Of a stretch of DNA of 59,982 bases, positions 26,401 to 35,867 are shown in pieces (position 1 is the first letter of the stretch; every line of letters begins with the position of its first letter). The stretch is taken from the IMG/VR virus record IMGVR_UViG_3300011114_001028, positions 1-59,982 of that record; one strand, given 5' to 3'. The notes under the pieces were generated by a model. That model searched no databases. It was not told the origin of the DNA and saw only the letters and a program-made list of their open reading frames with translations. The stretch is from a virus. Lineage: Duplodnaviria; Caudoviricetes. The position numbers and the translations under genes were made by a program.

Positions 26401-28114
26401 TACGGGAATTTCTCTAGACACAATTACTGGTGAAGGATATGGATTGACAGCAGATATATATTTTGTCAACAATTCTTTAGATACGACAAGTTCTGGAATT
26501 GTTACAGTTACTAATGGTGGATTTGGATATAGAGTTGGTGATATTGTGGGAATCCCAAGTTCAATTTTATTTGGAAATGGTGCAACTTTAAAAGTACAAA
26601 CTTTGGGATCAGTAAATACTCTATTTTTGGACCAAATTCAAGGAAATTTTGATTCAAGCATTGCGATTGGAAAAAGATTAACCTATCAATCTACAGCAAT
26701 TGCTGGAGTTTCAAGTTTTGTTGGATTGGCAACAGTTTCATCAATTTTAGAAAATACAACATACGATGGACTTCACCTTAAAATTAAGCATAGAAATCAT
26801 GGAATGAATCAAACAAATAATTTGGTAAAAATTAGTGGTGTTTTAAGTGATGTTTTACCAACTACTTTGTCTGCAGATTATTTGAATACATCAACAAATT
26901 CAATTTCTGTTGTTTCTTCTTCTAATTTTTCTACTTTTGAAAATGTTGGTGTTGCTTCAACAAATCCGGGATATTTACTTGTTGACGATGAAATTATTTC
27001 TTACACTGGAGTTTCTGGAAATACTTTAACTGGAATTTCAAGAGGAATTGATAATAGAAAAATATTCACTCATACTGCTACATCAAATGTTTACAAATAT
27101 GAGTTTAATGGTGTTTCACTGAGAAGAATTAATAAAACGCACGATATGGCATCACCATTGGTTTCAGTTTCAAATCCAATTAGCATTGATAATTATCATA
27201 TAAAAATTAATATGGATGATACTAATTATGGAATTGATAGATCTGGAAATTCAAATGGTATTCCAAATCTTTATTTCAATACAACAAAAACTGCTGGTGC
27301 TAGTGGGATTGTAGCAAGTCAAAATTTAATATTTGAAACTATAACACCAAATGTGCAAATATTTACCCCAAAAGGAACTGGAATTGGATCTAGAATGAGG
27401 TCTATTTCTGGTAGAAGTGTGAGTGGAAATGAAGTTGCATTCTCAGATTTGGGATTTGAAGAAATAGAATTAAATAGATCCAACAATCTAACTTCTACAA
27501 GAATTATTGCATCCAGAGTAAATGAAACAAGCAAACTTACAAGTCTTCCAGGAAATAAATCGTTTACTTTGGCAATTGACTTATTTACTTCTGACACAAA
27601 TGTATCTCCAGTAATAGATCTTGAAAGAGTTAATATGATTCTCACAACAAATCGTATTGATAAACCAATAACGAATTTTTCCACAAATAGATCTATTAAA
27701 CAAATTGGGCAAGATCCACATGCAGCAATTTATGTTTCAAATACAATTTCACTTCAAAATCCATCTACTTCTTTGAAAGTTTTGTTTGGAGCATATCGTC
27801 ATTCTTCTGCAGATATTAGAGTCATGTATAAAACTTATCGTGATGATGGATCAGAAAATCAACAACCATATGTGCCATTTCCCGGATACAATAACTTTGA
27901 TGATGCCGGAAATGTTGTAAATTTTGCTCAGAATGATGGAAATCCCGATAAAATAATTCCACCAAGCGATTCTCTTTCTGATTGGAAAGATTATGAATAT
28001 ACTGAAAACCAAATACCAGAGTTTACAAAATTTTCAATTAAGATAATTATGGCTGGTACGAATCAAGCGTATCCTCCACAAATTAGAGATCTTAGAGCAA
28101 TTGCTTTGGCATAA
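20429..28114 (+). CDS. Large virion structural protein (DUF4815/VrlC-like), 2561 aa
   Basis: PYYDDF, YRVLFKPG, QARELTTLQSILQNQ, DPLAQSF and DLRAIALA motifs of the cyanophage protein found after gp8. Confidence 0.85.
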   Translation: MPQETNLNVTPYYDDFNDEKNFYRVLFKPGNSIQARELTTLQSILQNQIEKFGNHFFKEGARVIPGQISFTLEYDCIQVESEFLGIPLSLYLNSLLGIKIQGSTSGVTAKISNILTQSESDNGNITLYLEYEKSSNDFSTKSFSDGENLITLSNITFGLSNLISSGEQFAKAIDQNASAVGSASFISEGVYFLRGTFVKVPTQTLILDQYSNSPTYRVGLYVKEEIITADQDESLYDNARGFSNYSAPGADRLKISAELIKKEIDDFNDESFVELMRIQNGAIDKFVNRTEYSIFAQELARRTFDESGNYYVAPFNSVVKESLNSREGNNGIYYENQLTQSGKTPSEDLMIYQISPGKAYISGYEVNLDGSTLIDVAKPRDKGSVSGEGIQFDTGPKFTVTNVYGQPSVGVGTTAYLSLRSDRIGASKLSPSGDEIGVARAYDFSLSSTDYLGITTTYSLRVFDLQTFTQIGLSTNISLTKPILIQGNSSGARGYLKSSVSNSNILTLYGVEGQFIKDEGVNISGITTFGHTIRNIRDYKLSDINSIYSYRSSASNNCGFNADLVLDKSIIPPVTIQNSAVSSPTIPSFIITPDSNGFSTVTSTACNFIGVATVGNIVSYPRVGFNTITYNKISNISNDGRQLTLVSISTVSGICDGSIVQGISTVTTSDFSIRSSAIKNISDPSYTVRLTKGNVSEIDVENTDIALKTQYLISSFSNNIIVATTLTSGYTYQPYTNDRYCLAYSDGTSEPLSSDKFIFSNGFKDLSIKNLTVASGSNATLIVSIKKEKPKAKTKNILKANTLVINKSSNSASGVGNSSLNDGLTYSAIYGTRIQDKEISLNVPDVRRILAIYESSSTSDPVLPTITFVSGSLTGPNQDATDAIIGEKIIGETSGAVAIVIEKTTNTLGFIYRNGNFFIAGENIIFTDSGILGVCNSKTDGDRNINEKYALDFGQRLNFYDYSRIIKLDDNFNPTKKIKIVFQNYVIDASDVGDIVTVNSYPSEEYKYSQIFNESSTSDIIDIRPRVSNYSATSAISSPFEFESRNFTASGQSSNYYIAPNETITVSFSYYLPRIDRLFLTKEGNFQLQKGVSADNPLPPGQVDGGLEIATFYLPAFLYKTSDVRLNYASHKRYRMQDISRLETRISNLEYYTNLSLLETSTESLSIKTNGVDRFKCGFFVDNFKSHASHSIANVDFRASIDKQQGYLRPLNFTTAVDLIVGSESLIGIAATPNSSVDLGFVQDLQNSNVKKNGNIVTLSYTSTPFVKNEFATRIENVTPFLVVFYSGIIELNPSSDTWVDTTTVAANRVNIEGDYKSTIQQLQVDERTGWSETDWGAWQTDWVGTVVQDNVSQSMVQVSTEFSDTFSRAGQSGWLTDSVAARGGPPPDWAAGDLRGQRGFWEFEVEQKGTVTSDRTTISNERTTTTSAKQSRTGVAWNVSERVDTANLGERVVNTDIIRFMRSRNVEFISRKLKPRTRMYAFFDRVNVTSYCFPKLVEIRMTTGTFQVGETVNGRISSSSGTRIGITPEISFRVATSNHKYGPYNSATDVYTINPYDDTQTLSSTYSSTSSILNVDTSSLQNIVTGGFSGRIVSGMTLSGQTSGAQAVVTNVRLVSDNIGTLIGSFFIPDGNISPNPKFETGNKTFRLTTSDTDSQVANIITTSAQESFFASGVLQTKQDTVLGIRNANVRKEPKVDTPRTISSTNNDGGGVIATLDVNQRINVTGEQITSSVYRDPLAQSFIVSEQNGVYATKLDLYFQAKDDTLPVIVQLRSIESGLPTTKVLPFSEVEVLPSQIAISTTGQVGTSVTFKAPVYLENTKEYAIVLLSDSTNYTVWISRMGEEDVTTVNLPESAKKIVSNQPYLGSLFKSQNGSTWEPSGYEDLKFILYKAQYTTTPGTVTFYNPSEGISNGTLCNLPKDAVQSFSKRITIGVCTNISNYAGIIPGVSIGITDMSVSGKLIGVGGSVSQSVGAALSTVSAGIGYTTFGATGISLDTITGEGYGLTADIYFVNNSLDTTSSGIVTVTNGGFGYRVGDIVGIPSSILFGNGATLKVQTLGSVNTLFLDQIQGNFDSSIAIGKRLTYQSTAIAGVSSFVGLATVSSILENTTYDGLHLKIKHRNHGMNQTNNLVKISGVLSDVLPTTLSADYLNTSTNSISVVSSSNFSTFENVGVASTNPGYLLVDDEIISYTGVSGNTLTGISRGIDNRKIFTHTATSNVYKYEFNGVSLRRINKTHDMASPLVSVSNPISIDNYHIKINMDDTNYGIDRSGNSNGIPNLYFNTTKTAGASGIVASQNLIFETITPNVQIFTPKGTGIGSRMRSISGRSVSGNEVAFSDLGFEEIELNRSNNLTSTRIIASRVNETSKLTSLPGNKSFTLAIDLFTSDTNVSPVIDLERVNMILTTNRIDKPITNFSTNRSIKQIGQDPHAAIYVSNTISLQNPSTSLKVLFGAYRHSSADIRVMYKTYRDDGSENQQPYVPFPGYNNFDDAGNVVNFAQNDGNPDKIIPPSDSLSDWKDYEYTENQIPEFTKFSIKIIMAGTNQAYPPQIRDLRAIALA

Positions 28115-28115
28115 T

Positions 28116-28343
28116 ATGATTCAAAATAATTTAATTCCTGTAGAGGGAAAACCAAATCTTTACAGGGATTCAAGAAGTAATGCTATCGTATGTGCTGATA
28201 ATACCGCGTATAATCAGCACATGAAATATATAAAGGAAAAGGAATATGAAAAAATTAAAATCCAATCATTAGAAAGTGAAATTTCAAGCATTAAAAGTGA
28301 TGTAGCAGAAATAAAACATCTACTACTTAATATGATAAAATAA
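28116..28343 (+). CDS. Small coiled-coil hypothetical protein
   Basis: ATG at 28116 right after the upstream stop; LIPVEGKPNLYRD then heptad repeats. Confidence 0.75.
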   Translation: MIQNNLIPVEGKPNLYRDSRSNAIVCADNTAYNQHMKYIKEKEYEKIKIQSLESEISSIKSDVAEIKHLLLNMIK

Positions 28344-28368
28344 ATATTTTATATAAAAAGAAAAAGTA

Positions 28369-29211
28369 ATGGCACAGCCAACAACCAGGCAAGAATTAAT
28401 TAATTATTGTAAAAGAAAACTTGGTTATCCAGTATTGGAAATTAACGTTGCTGATGAGCAAATTGAAGATCTTGTTGATGATGCTGTACAGTATTTTCAA
28501 GAAAGACACTTTGATGGTGTTGAGCAAATGTATTTAAAATATATAATTACTCAAGATGATATTAATAGGGGTCGAGCATCAACAACAGGATCTGCAGGAA
28601 TTACTACAACTAGTGCAACATCGTCAATTGTTGGAGTTGCTGTTACATTTAATTATGTAGAAAATTCAAACTATATTCAGATTCCTCCAGCAGTTATTGG
28701 AATTAATAAAATTTTTAAAATTGGTGGAAATAATACAATATCGCAAAGCATGTTTAATGTGCAATATCAATTAATGTTAAATGATGTTTATTATTTTAAC
28801 AGTATTGAATTGTTATCATATACTATGGTTAAAAGATACTTAGAAGATATAAGTTTTCTTTTAACTCCAGAAAAAAATATTAGATTTAATCAAAGGCAAG
28901 ATAGATTATATCTAGATATGGATTGGGGAGCACTTTCTGTTGGTCAATATATAATTATTGATTGTTATCGAGTTTTAGATCCAAATGATTATCCTAGAGT
29001 TTGGAATGATTCATTTTTAAAACCATATTTAACCTCATTAATTAAAAAACAATGGGGTCAAAATTTAATTAAATTTAGAGGTGTAAAACTTCCCGGTGGA
29101 GTTGAGTTAAATGGAAGAGAAATTTACGAAGATGCAATAAATGAATTAGAGGATATTAAAAAAAGAATGATGAATGAATTTGAATTACCTCCATTGGATG
29201 CTATTGGATAA
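28369..29211 (+). CDS. gp13: Neck protein gp13
   Basis: YCKRKLGYPVLEINV and QWGQNLIKFRGVKLPGGVELNG; AATAAATA upstream. Confidence 0.95.
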   Translation: MAQPTTRQELINYCKRKLGYPVLEINVADEQIEDLVDDAVQYFQERHFDGVEQMYLKYIITQDDINRGRASTTGSAGITTTSATSSIVGVAVTFNYVENSNYIQIPPAVIGINKIFKIGGNNTISQSMFNVQYQLMLNDVYYFNSIELLSYTMVKRYLEDISFLLTPEKNIRFNQRQDRLYLDMDWGALSVGQYIIIDCYRVLDPNDYPRVWNDSFLKPYLTSLIKKQWGQNLIKFRGVKLPGGVELNGREIYEDAINELEDIKKRMMNEFELPPLDAIG

Positions 29212-30581
29212 TGTTAAACCCATTTTTTCTTCAGGGAGCTGCCTCTGAGCAAGGATTAGTTCAAGATTTAATAAACGAGCATATAAGAATGTTTGGGGTG
29301 GAAATTTATTATCTTCCAAGAAAATATTTGACAGAAAGATCAATCATTAAAGAAGTTATACAATCAAAATTCGATAAAGCATTTCCTTTAGAAGCATATA
29401 TTTCAAATTTTGATGGATATGCTGGAAATACTGATGTTTTGTCAAAATTTGGAATTTCAATTAGTGATGAATTGACATTAATAGTATCAAAAGAAAGATA
29501 TGAAAATTATATTCAAGAATTAATAAAAGATGATACTAATGTAAAATTATCCTCAAGACCAAAGGAAGGTGATTTAATTTATTTTCCTTTGGGGGATAAA
29601 TTATTTGAAATTAAATTTGTAGAAAATGAGAAACCATTTTACCAACTTGGAAAAAATTATGTTTATGAATTGAAATGTGAATTGTTTGAATATGAGGATG
29701 AAGATATTGACACTGGAATATCTGAGGTTGATAGCATTATTCAAGATGAAGGATATATTGCAACACTATTACTTTCTGGTATTGGATCAACTGCAACAGC
29801 AATAACATCTCTTGCTGTTGGTGGAGTGAAACTGATAAGTCTTATAAATGATGGACAAGGATATTCATCTACACCAACAATCAATATTTCTCCTCCTGGA
29901 GTTGGAAATACTGCAACTGCAGTTGCAATTATGACTTCTAGATCTGGATTAACAACTGCATATTCAATTAAAGATATCTTTATTACAAATCCAGGATATG
30001 GATATACATATTCTCCGTCAATATTTTTCATTGGTGGCGGTGGAAATGGAGCAATTGCAACTGTGTCAATTTCAACTTCATCTGTAGGAATTGTTACTAT
30101 TACTGGTGGAGGAAGTGCTTATACAACTTCACCAACAGTTACATTCTCTTCACCAAATGTATCTTATGGTACAACTGCAACTGCAATTTCTGTTGTTTCA
30201 TCTGCAGGAACAATTTCACAAATTAGATTTACAAACTCTGGAGTTGGATATACTGTAACTCCAACAGTTATAATTTCAAATCCATCAATGATTGGATCTG
30301 GATCATATGAATATAACGAAATTGTTGTTGGATCTGCAACATCAACAACAGCAAAAGTTAGAAGCTGGGTTTTATCCACAAAAACTCTTGAAGTTTCAAT
30401 TGTTGATGGAGAATTTTCTATGGGTGAAAGTATCACTGGACAAACTTCTGGTGCAACATATACATTAAAGTCTTTCAATAAAGATAATTTGGTAGATTCT
30501 TATAATCAAAATGCAATAATTGAATCCGAAGGAGATGCAATTACAGATTTTACAGAAAGTAATCCATTTGGAGATGTTTAA
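29211..30581 (+). CDS. gp14: Neck protein gp14 with inserted beta-repeat domains
   Basis: RPKEGDLIYFP, FYQLGKNYVYELKCELFEY, DFTESNPFG. Confidence 0.93.
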   Translation: MLNPFFLQGAASEQGLVQDLINEHIRMFGVEIYYLPRKYLTERSIIKEVIQSKFDKAFPLEAYISNFDGYAGNTDVLSKFGISISDELTLIVSKERYENYIQELIKDDTNVKLSSRPKEGDLIYFPLGDKLFEIKFVENEKPFYQLGKNYVYELKCELFEYEDEDIDTGISEVDSIIQDEGYIATLLLSGIGSTATAITSLAVGGVKLISLINDGQGYSSTPTINISPPGVGNTATAVAIMTSRSGLTTAYSIKDIFITNPGYGYTYSPSIFFIGGGGNGAIATVSISTSSVGIVTITGGGSAYTTSPTVTFSSPNVSYGTTATAISVVSSAGTISQIRFTNSGVGYTVTPTVIISNPSMIGSGSYEYNEIVVGSATSTTAKVRSWVLSTKTLEVSIVDGEFSMGESITGQTSGATYTLKSFNKDNLVDSYNQNAIIESEGDAITDFTESNPFGDV

Positions 30582-30610
30582 TTGTTAAATATATGTAAAG
30601 GATAATACAA

Positions 30611-31654
30611 ATGTTTGGACATTTTTATCACGAAATTTTTCGAAAAACTATAGTTGGGTTTGGAAATATTTTTAATAATATTGAAATACATCACAAAAAT
30701 AATTCCGATGATAATTTTAGTATCATTAAAGTTCCACTTGCATATGGACCGACTCAGAAATTTTTAGCAAGAATTGATCAAGATCCTACGGCTTTAAAAC
30801 CAATCAAAATAACATTACCAAGAATGTCCTTTGAATTTGTTGGATTGAATTATGATTCATCTCGAAAAGGATCTTCAACTCAAACCTTTATAACTACACC
30901 ATCCACAAATTCTTCTCTGGCAAAAAAGGTCTACATGCCAGTTCCATATAATATGCAATTTGAATTGAATATTATGACTAAATTAAATGATGATTCTTTA
31001 CAGATAATAGAGCAAATATTACCATATTTTCAACCGCATTATTCAATTACAATTAATTTAGTTACTCCAATTAATGAAAAAAAAGATGTGCCAATAGTAC
31101 TGGAAAGTGTTTCTTTTAATGATGATTATGAGGGAGATTTTGATAATAGAAGAGCATTAATTTACACTCTTAGATTTACAGCAAAAACTTATCTGTTTGG
31201 TCCAGTGCCAGATTCTTCTACAGGAATTATCAAAAAAGCAACTTTGGACTATATGACAGATACAAATACTCAAAAGCGAGAAGTTAGATATTCTGTAACT
31301 CCAAGAGCAACTAAAGATTACAATTCTGATGCAACAACCACCTTGTCATCTGATGTTGATGATGAATCCATTTACATCTCAGTTTCTGATGCATCATCTA
31401 TAATAGTTGGAAGTAGATTATATGTTGATACAGAGCAAATGTATGTAAAATCAAAAGATGGTAACAATTTGGTTGTAATTCGAGGATATGAAACTGGTGG
31501 AATCACTGGACACCCAGTTGGATCTACAGTTGATCTAATAACTTCATCCGATGATAGTTTAATTCAAATTGACGATGATTTTGGATTTAATGAAACTACT
31601 ACATTTTTTCAAGATTTTAAAGAATATAGTCCTTCACAAAATATTGATTTGTAA
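30611..31654 (+). CDS. gp15: Tail sheath stabilizer/terminator gp15
   Basis: KVPLAYGPTQKFLAR, LPRMSFE, QIIEQILPYFQP. Confidence 0.95.
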   Translation: MFGHFYHEIFRKTIVGFGNIFNNIEIHHKNNSDDNFSIIKVPLAYGPTQKFLARIDQDPTALKPIKITLPRMSFEFVGLNYDSSRKGSSTQTFITTPSTNSSLAKKVYMPVPYNMQFELNIMTKLNDDSLQIIEQILPYFQPHYSITINLVTPINEKKDVPIVLESVSFNDDYEGDFDNRRALIYTLRFTAKTYLFGPVPDSSTGIIKKATLDYMTDTNTQKREVRYSVTPRATKDYNSDATTTLSSDVDDESIYISVSDASSIIVGSRLYVDTEQMYVKSKDGNNLVVIRGYETGGITGHPVGSTVDLITSSDDSLIQIDDDFGFNETTTFFQDFKEYSPSQNIDL

Positions 31655-31656
31655 TT

Positions 31657-32094
31657 ATGAAGGAAAAGTTTAAGAATTTAAATGATTCTTTTGATGTTTC
31701 TTCAACCTTTGCCGAAATAATCAATCCAATAGAATCTAAAGTAGTTGAGTCCGAAATAGAAAAACCTGAAAGTATTAATATTGATAATGAAATATTAAAA
31801 GATTATGAATATACAAGAGGAAATCTTTATTCATTAATTGAAAAGGGTCAAGAGGCAATTAATGGAATTTTGGAATTGGCGCAAGAAAGTGAAATGCCGA
31901 GAGCATATGAAGTTGCAGGACAACTAATTAAAAATGTTGGAGATGTTGCAGACAAATTAATGGATCTTCAGAAAAAATTAAAAACTATTGATGAAGTTAA
32001 ATCAAAAGGTCCAACAAATGTTACTAATGCATTGTTTGTTGGATCTACAACAGAGTTATCAAAATTTATTAAGGCGCAAACTCAAAAACAATAA
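31657..32094 (+). CDS. gp16: Terminase small subunit
   Basis: DYEYTRGNLY, PRAYEVAGQLIK, NALFVGSTTEL. Confidence 0.93.
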   Translation: MKEKFKNLNDSFDVSSTFAEIINPIESKVVESEIEKPESINIDNEILKDYEYTRGNLYSLIEKGQEAINGILELAQESEMPRAYEVAGQLIKNVGDVADKLMDLQKKLKTIDEVKSKGPTNVTNALFVGSTTELSKFIKAQTQKQ

Positions 32095-32133
32095 ATTAAA
32101 CCAGGAATAAATACTATTAAACTTTAGTGAATA

Positions 32134-35100
32134 ATGGAATTTCATCAAAATGATATTTTACCATCTATAAATGATGTAATAGAAAAAACAGATGATTTAC
32201 CATCAGTAAAAGATTTTATATTTGAAACCGTAGATGAAGAAAATTTAGAAATTGTCGAAATAGAAGAAGTAAAAAAAGATAATCAAGATTTAACTGAAAT
32301 TGTCAGATTGATTAATGATGTTAGAAAAGATATTCCAAAAATACCAGAAATTAAATATTATGATGAAGAACTTTTAATTATTTCAGAAAGATTAGAAATT
32401 TTAAAAAATTATATTACATCTATTCCAGAAATAAAATATTATGATAGTGATTTAGAAAATTTAGACCATAAAATTGAAAATCTAAAAGAATCTATTCCAA
32501 CTCTTCCAGCATGGATTAATGAAGTAAATGAATTTCCCGATTTTTCTTGGATTGGAAAAACTTTTAATGTTATAGATTCAGATTTTATAAATCTCAATAA
32601 TAACATAGAATCTATTAAATTTAAACTTGATACTCAAATTGATCAATTAATAGAATCAATAGGCACTAAGGAATTTGAAATAAACATCAATGTTAAGGAA
32701 ATTGATCAAAAATTAAATACAATTAAAGATAGTATTTACAAAGAATTAAAAGAATCGGCTTTAAAAATTTGGCAGTTAAAAAAAGATACTAAAGAAGATT
32801 ACAATTCTTTAAATGATAAAATTAAAAATGAATACTTTATACTTTATCAAAATATTGAAGAAAAACTTGAAAATGAAAATGATATTTTAACAAATGATAT
32901 TGTTTCATTAAAAAATTATTTTACTTCATTAAAAGAAGAAATTTTAAATTTACCAAAAATAAAATATTATGATGAGGATATCAATTTTTTAACAAAAGAA
33001 ATTTCCTTCAATTCTAAGGATATTAAAGAACTGAAAGATATTGTACAAAATATTAAGAGTAAACAAAAGGAGTTACAAGAAGGTCTTTTAAATATTCCAC
33101 CAAATGTAAAAAATTCAGATCCATTAACACCTTTAGATCAAAATTTTGCAACTCTTGATGATCTTGCAAATCATTATAGAATTTTTATTAATAGAATTCA
33201 AACACAACTTTCTGCGATTGGTGGAGGTGGTGCAGGATTCATTAAAGATCTTGATGATGTTGATATTACTGGAATAACTACAGATTCAATATTAAAATGG
33301 AATTCAACATCTAACAAATGGGTTATTGGATCATTATCTGTTGGTGCGGGTGGAACATGGTCAACAAATTCAATTGGTATTCATACAACTAAAAATGTTG
33401 GAATAGGTACTACAACTGCACAATCTCAATATTCATTGTATGTGCAGGGAGATGCGTTTTTTACTGGAAATGTTTCTGTTGCGGGAACAATTACATACGA
33501 AGATGTAACCAATGTTGATTCAATTGGATTCATAACAGCAAGAAGTGGTCTTCTTGTTGGATCTGCAACTACATTTACGGAAAAATTGGTTGTAGACGGA
33601 AACGCTCGTGTAACTGGTATTCTTACAATTGGTACTGCATCTATCACAATTGATGGTGTTAATAATAGAATATCAATTGGTAATGAAAATGTTGTTATTA
33701 ATAACTCAAGTATTACAATTGGATCAGGTGTTTCAATCAGTGCATTTGCTTCCGGTATTAATACTGCTCCAAATGTATTATATGTTGCAAAGGATGGAAA
33801 TGATTCAAATAATGGTTCTTCAATTGACAATGCATTTTTATCTATTAAATCTGCTGTTGGAATAGCAACAACAGGAACTACAATTAAAGTTTTGGCCGGA
33901 ACTTATATTGAAAACAATCCGATAGAAGTGCCACCTTTTGTTTCTATTGTTGGAGATGATTTAAAAACAGTAACTGTTGTTCCACAAACAACAAATCAAG
34001 ATTTATTTCATGTCAGAAAGGGTTGTTATATTGCAGAAATGACTTTTATTAATCATGTTTCCCCAGCAGCTGCAATTTCATTTCCAACAAATACTGTTGC
34101 ACTTAATGAGGGTGGTGGTAAATGGGAAAGTCCTTATATTCAAAATTGTACCAGTAACACTACAACTGGAACTGGATTAAGAATTGATGGTGCTCAAGCA
34201 GATGGTCTTAAATCAATGGTTTGTGATAGTTATACACAATACAATCAAGGTGGAGTTGGAGTAGCAGTTACAAATGAAGGATTTGCTCAATTAGTTTCAG
34301 TCTTTACAATTTGTTGCAACCAAGCAATTACTTGTTATAAAGGAAGTCAGGTTGATCTCACAAATAGTAATTCTAGTTTTGGAACTTATGGTCTAGTTGC
34401 AGATGGTGTAAGTGATCTTCAATATACTGGAGTTGTAACATCATCTGCTTCAGCATCTCAAGATAAGATATCCGTATCAATTACAACGTCTATAAGACCT
34501 TATGATGGTCAGGTTGTTTACTTTGATAGATTATATCAATCTGTTGCTTCTGTAACAGTTTCTGCTGGAGGTACTGGATATACAAGTGCTCCAACAATCA
34601 CTATAGATTCACCAACTGGACCAAACGGAGAAACTGCACAAGCATTTGCAACATTAAATAATGATTCGGTTTCAGAAATTACGATAATTAGTAGTGGAAA
34701 TCAATATGAGGCAATACCAAATATTATAATTTCTGCTCCAAATGTTGGAGTAAATACTGCTATCGCTTCTGCATTAATGTCTCCAATTTATTATACAATA
34801 AATAGTTCAACTCCCATTTCCTCAGGAATTTCCACTTTAACACTTGACGAAAATCTTATTAATACAATAAGTATTGGTACAACAGCATATTTTCAACAAG
34901 TAAGCAAAATTGTTGCAAGTTCACATACATTTGAATATATTGGATCTGGAAACACAATTACATCAGCAACACCAAAAACTGGTGGTGTAACTATTCAAGA
35001 AAATGAAATTGTTACATCTAATGGTGGAAAAGTTGTTTACACTAGTACAGACCAATCTGGTAATTTTAGAATTGGAGATGGATTAAAAATTAATCAAAAT

Positions 35101-35178
35101 ACTGGAACTATTAGTGGAAGAGCATTTACAAAAAGTTTATTTACAGAAATGACACCCTTTATTTTAGCACTTAGTTAA
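32134..35178 (+). CDS. Chimeric virion protein: acidic coiled coil, fibre-like segment, beta-helix domain
   Basis: Three (I/L)P(E/K)IKYYD repeats; NVGIGTT fibre motif; LYVAKDGNDSN...VLAGTYIENNPI pectin-lyase-like start; AATAAATA at 32106. Confidence 0.8.
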   Translation: MEFHQNDILPSINDVIEKTDDLPSVKDFIFETVDEENLEIVEIEEVKKDNQDLTEIVRLINDVRKDIPKIPEIKYYDEELLIISERLEILKNYITSIPEIKYYDSDLENLDHKIENLKESIPTLPAWINEVNEFPDFSWIGKTFNVIDSDFINLNNNIESIKFKLDTQIDQLIESIGTKEFEININVKEIDQKLNTIKDSIYKELKESALKIWQLKKDTKEDYNSLNDKIKNEYFILYQNIEEKLENENDILTNDIVSLKNYFTSLKEEILNLPKIKYYDEDINFLTKEISFNSKDIKELKDIVQNIKSKQKELQEGLLNIPPNVKNSDPLTPLDQNFATLDDLANHYRIFINRIQTQLSAIGGGGAGFIKDLDDVDITGITTDSILKWNSTSNKWVIGSLSVGAGGTWSTNSIGIHTTKNVGIGTTTAQSQYSLYVQGDAFFTGNVSVAGTITYEDVTNVDSIGFITARSGLLVGSATTFTEKLVVDGNARVTGILTIGTASITIDGVNNRISIGNENVVINNSSITIGSGVSISAFASGINTAPNVLYVAKDGNDSNNGSSIDNAFLSIKSAVGIATTGTTIKVLAGTYIENNPIEVPPFVSIVGDDLKTVTVVPQTTNQDLFHVRKGCYIAEMTFINHVSPAAAISFPTNTVALNEGGGKWESPYIQNCTSNTTTGTGLRIDGAQADGLKSMVCDSYTQYNQGGVGVAVTNEGFAQLVSVFTICCNQAITCYKGSQVDLTNSNSSFGTYGLVADGVSDLQYTGVVTSSASASQDKISVSITTSIRPYDGQVVYFDRLYQSVASVTVSAGGTGYTSAPTITIDSPTGPNGETAQAFATLNNDSVSEITIISSGNQYEAIPNIIISAPNVGVNTAIASALMSPIYYTINSSTPISSGISTLTLDENLINTISIGTTAYFQQVSKIVASSHTFEYIGSGNTITSATPKTGGVTIQENEIVTSNGGKVVYTSTDQSGNFRIGDGLKINQNTGTISGRAFTKSLFTEMTPFILALS

Positions 35179-35179
35179 T

Positions 35180-35515
35180 ATGGCAGAACTAGCACTCAAT
35201 AGATTCAAAACAAAAACACTCGAAATTACCAATACTGAACAGACTGCATATACTGCTCCTACTGGTTATACTTCGATTGTTTTATACGCACATATAACAA
35301 ATATAGGAGCATCCTCAGCAACATTTACAATGTCTCATGTCAGAAGTTCTACAACAACTGAAATAAGTAAAGGTGCATCTGTTCCAATTTCAGATGCTTA
35401 TATTCCACTTGATGGAAAATTAGTTTTAGAAACTAGTGATTCGATAAAAATAATAGCAAGCGCAAACAATACTCTTAAATTAATTTTAAGTATATTGGAG
35501 ACCGCGAATGCCTAA
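35180..35515 (+). CDS. Small beta-rich virion accessory protein
   Basis: YTAPTGYTSIVL and KLVLETSDSIK; coupled to the upstream fibre-like gene. Confidence 0.7.
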   Translation: MAELALNRFKTKTLEITNTEQTAYTAPTGYTSIVLYAHITNIGASSATFTMSHVRSSTTTEISKGASVPISDAYIPLDGKLVLETSDSIKIIASANNTLKLILSILETANA

Positions 35516-35852
35516 ATTGATTAGTCAAAAAAATTTTTCAAATTTAATTATTTCTGGATTAACTACTTCTACTACCAATCAAGTAGTACTTCATGAATTT
35601 CAAAAAAATTTTTACAGATCAATAAAATATCAAATACAGATAACAGAAAGTACATCATATCACAGTACAGAATTTATTATAATGCATGATGGAAATACAA
35701 CTTATAATACAGAATATGGAATTATAAAAACTAATATTTCATTAGCATCATTTGATAGTGATATTTCTGGAGACACAGTTAGGCTTTTAACTACACCATC
35801 TTCATCAGAATCAACATCTTTTAAAATTATTGGCACTGCTATTAAATCATAA
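35508..35852 (+). CDS. Small virion accessory protein (module repeated in gp7-like protein)
   Basis: YRSIKYQIQI...EFIIMHDG...YNTEYG. Confidence 0.7.
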   Translation: MPKLISQKNFSNLIISGLTTSTTNQVVLHEFQKNFYRSIKYQIQITESTSYHSTEFIIMHDGNTTYNTEYGIIKTNISLASFDSDISGDTVRLLTTPSSSESTSFKIIGTAIKS

Positions 35853-35867
35853 ATATTTTAAAAACTC

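Noticed and set aside
6801-35178. Diversity-generating retroelement or invertible tail-fibre cassette
   Set aside because: No reverse transcriptase, recombinase or near-identical template/variable repeat pair seen; repeats are diverged and protein-level only
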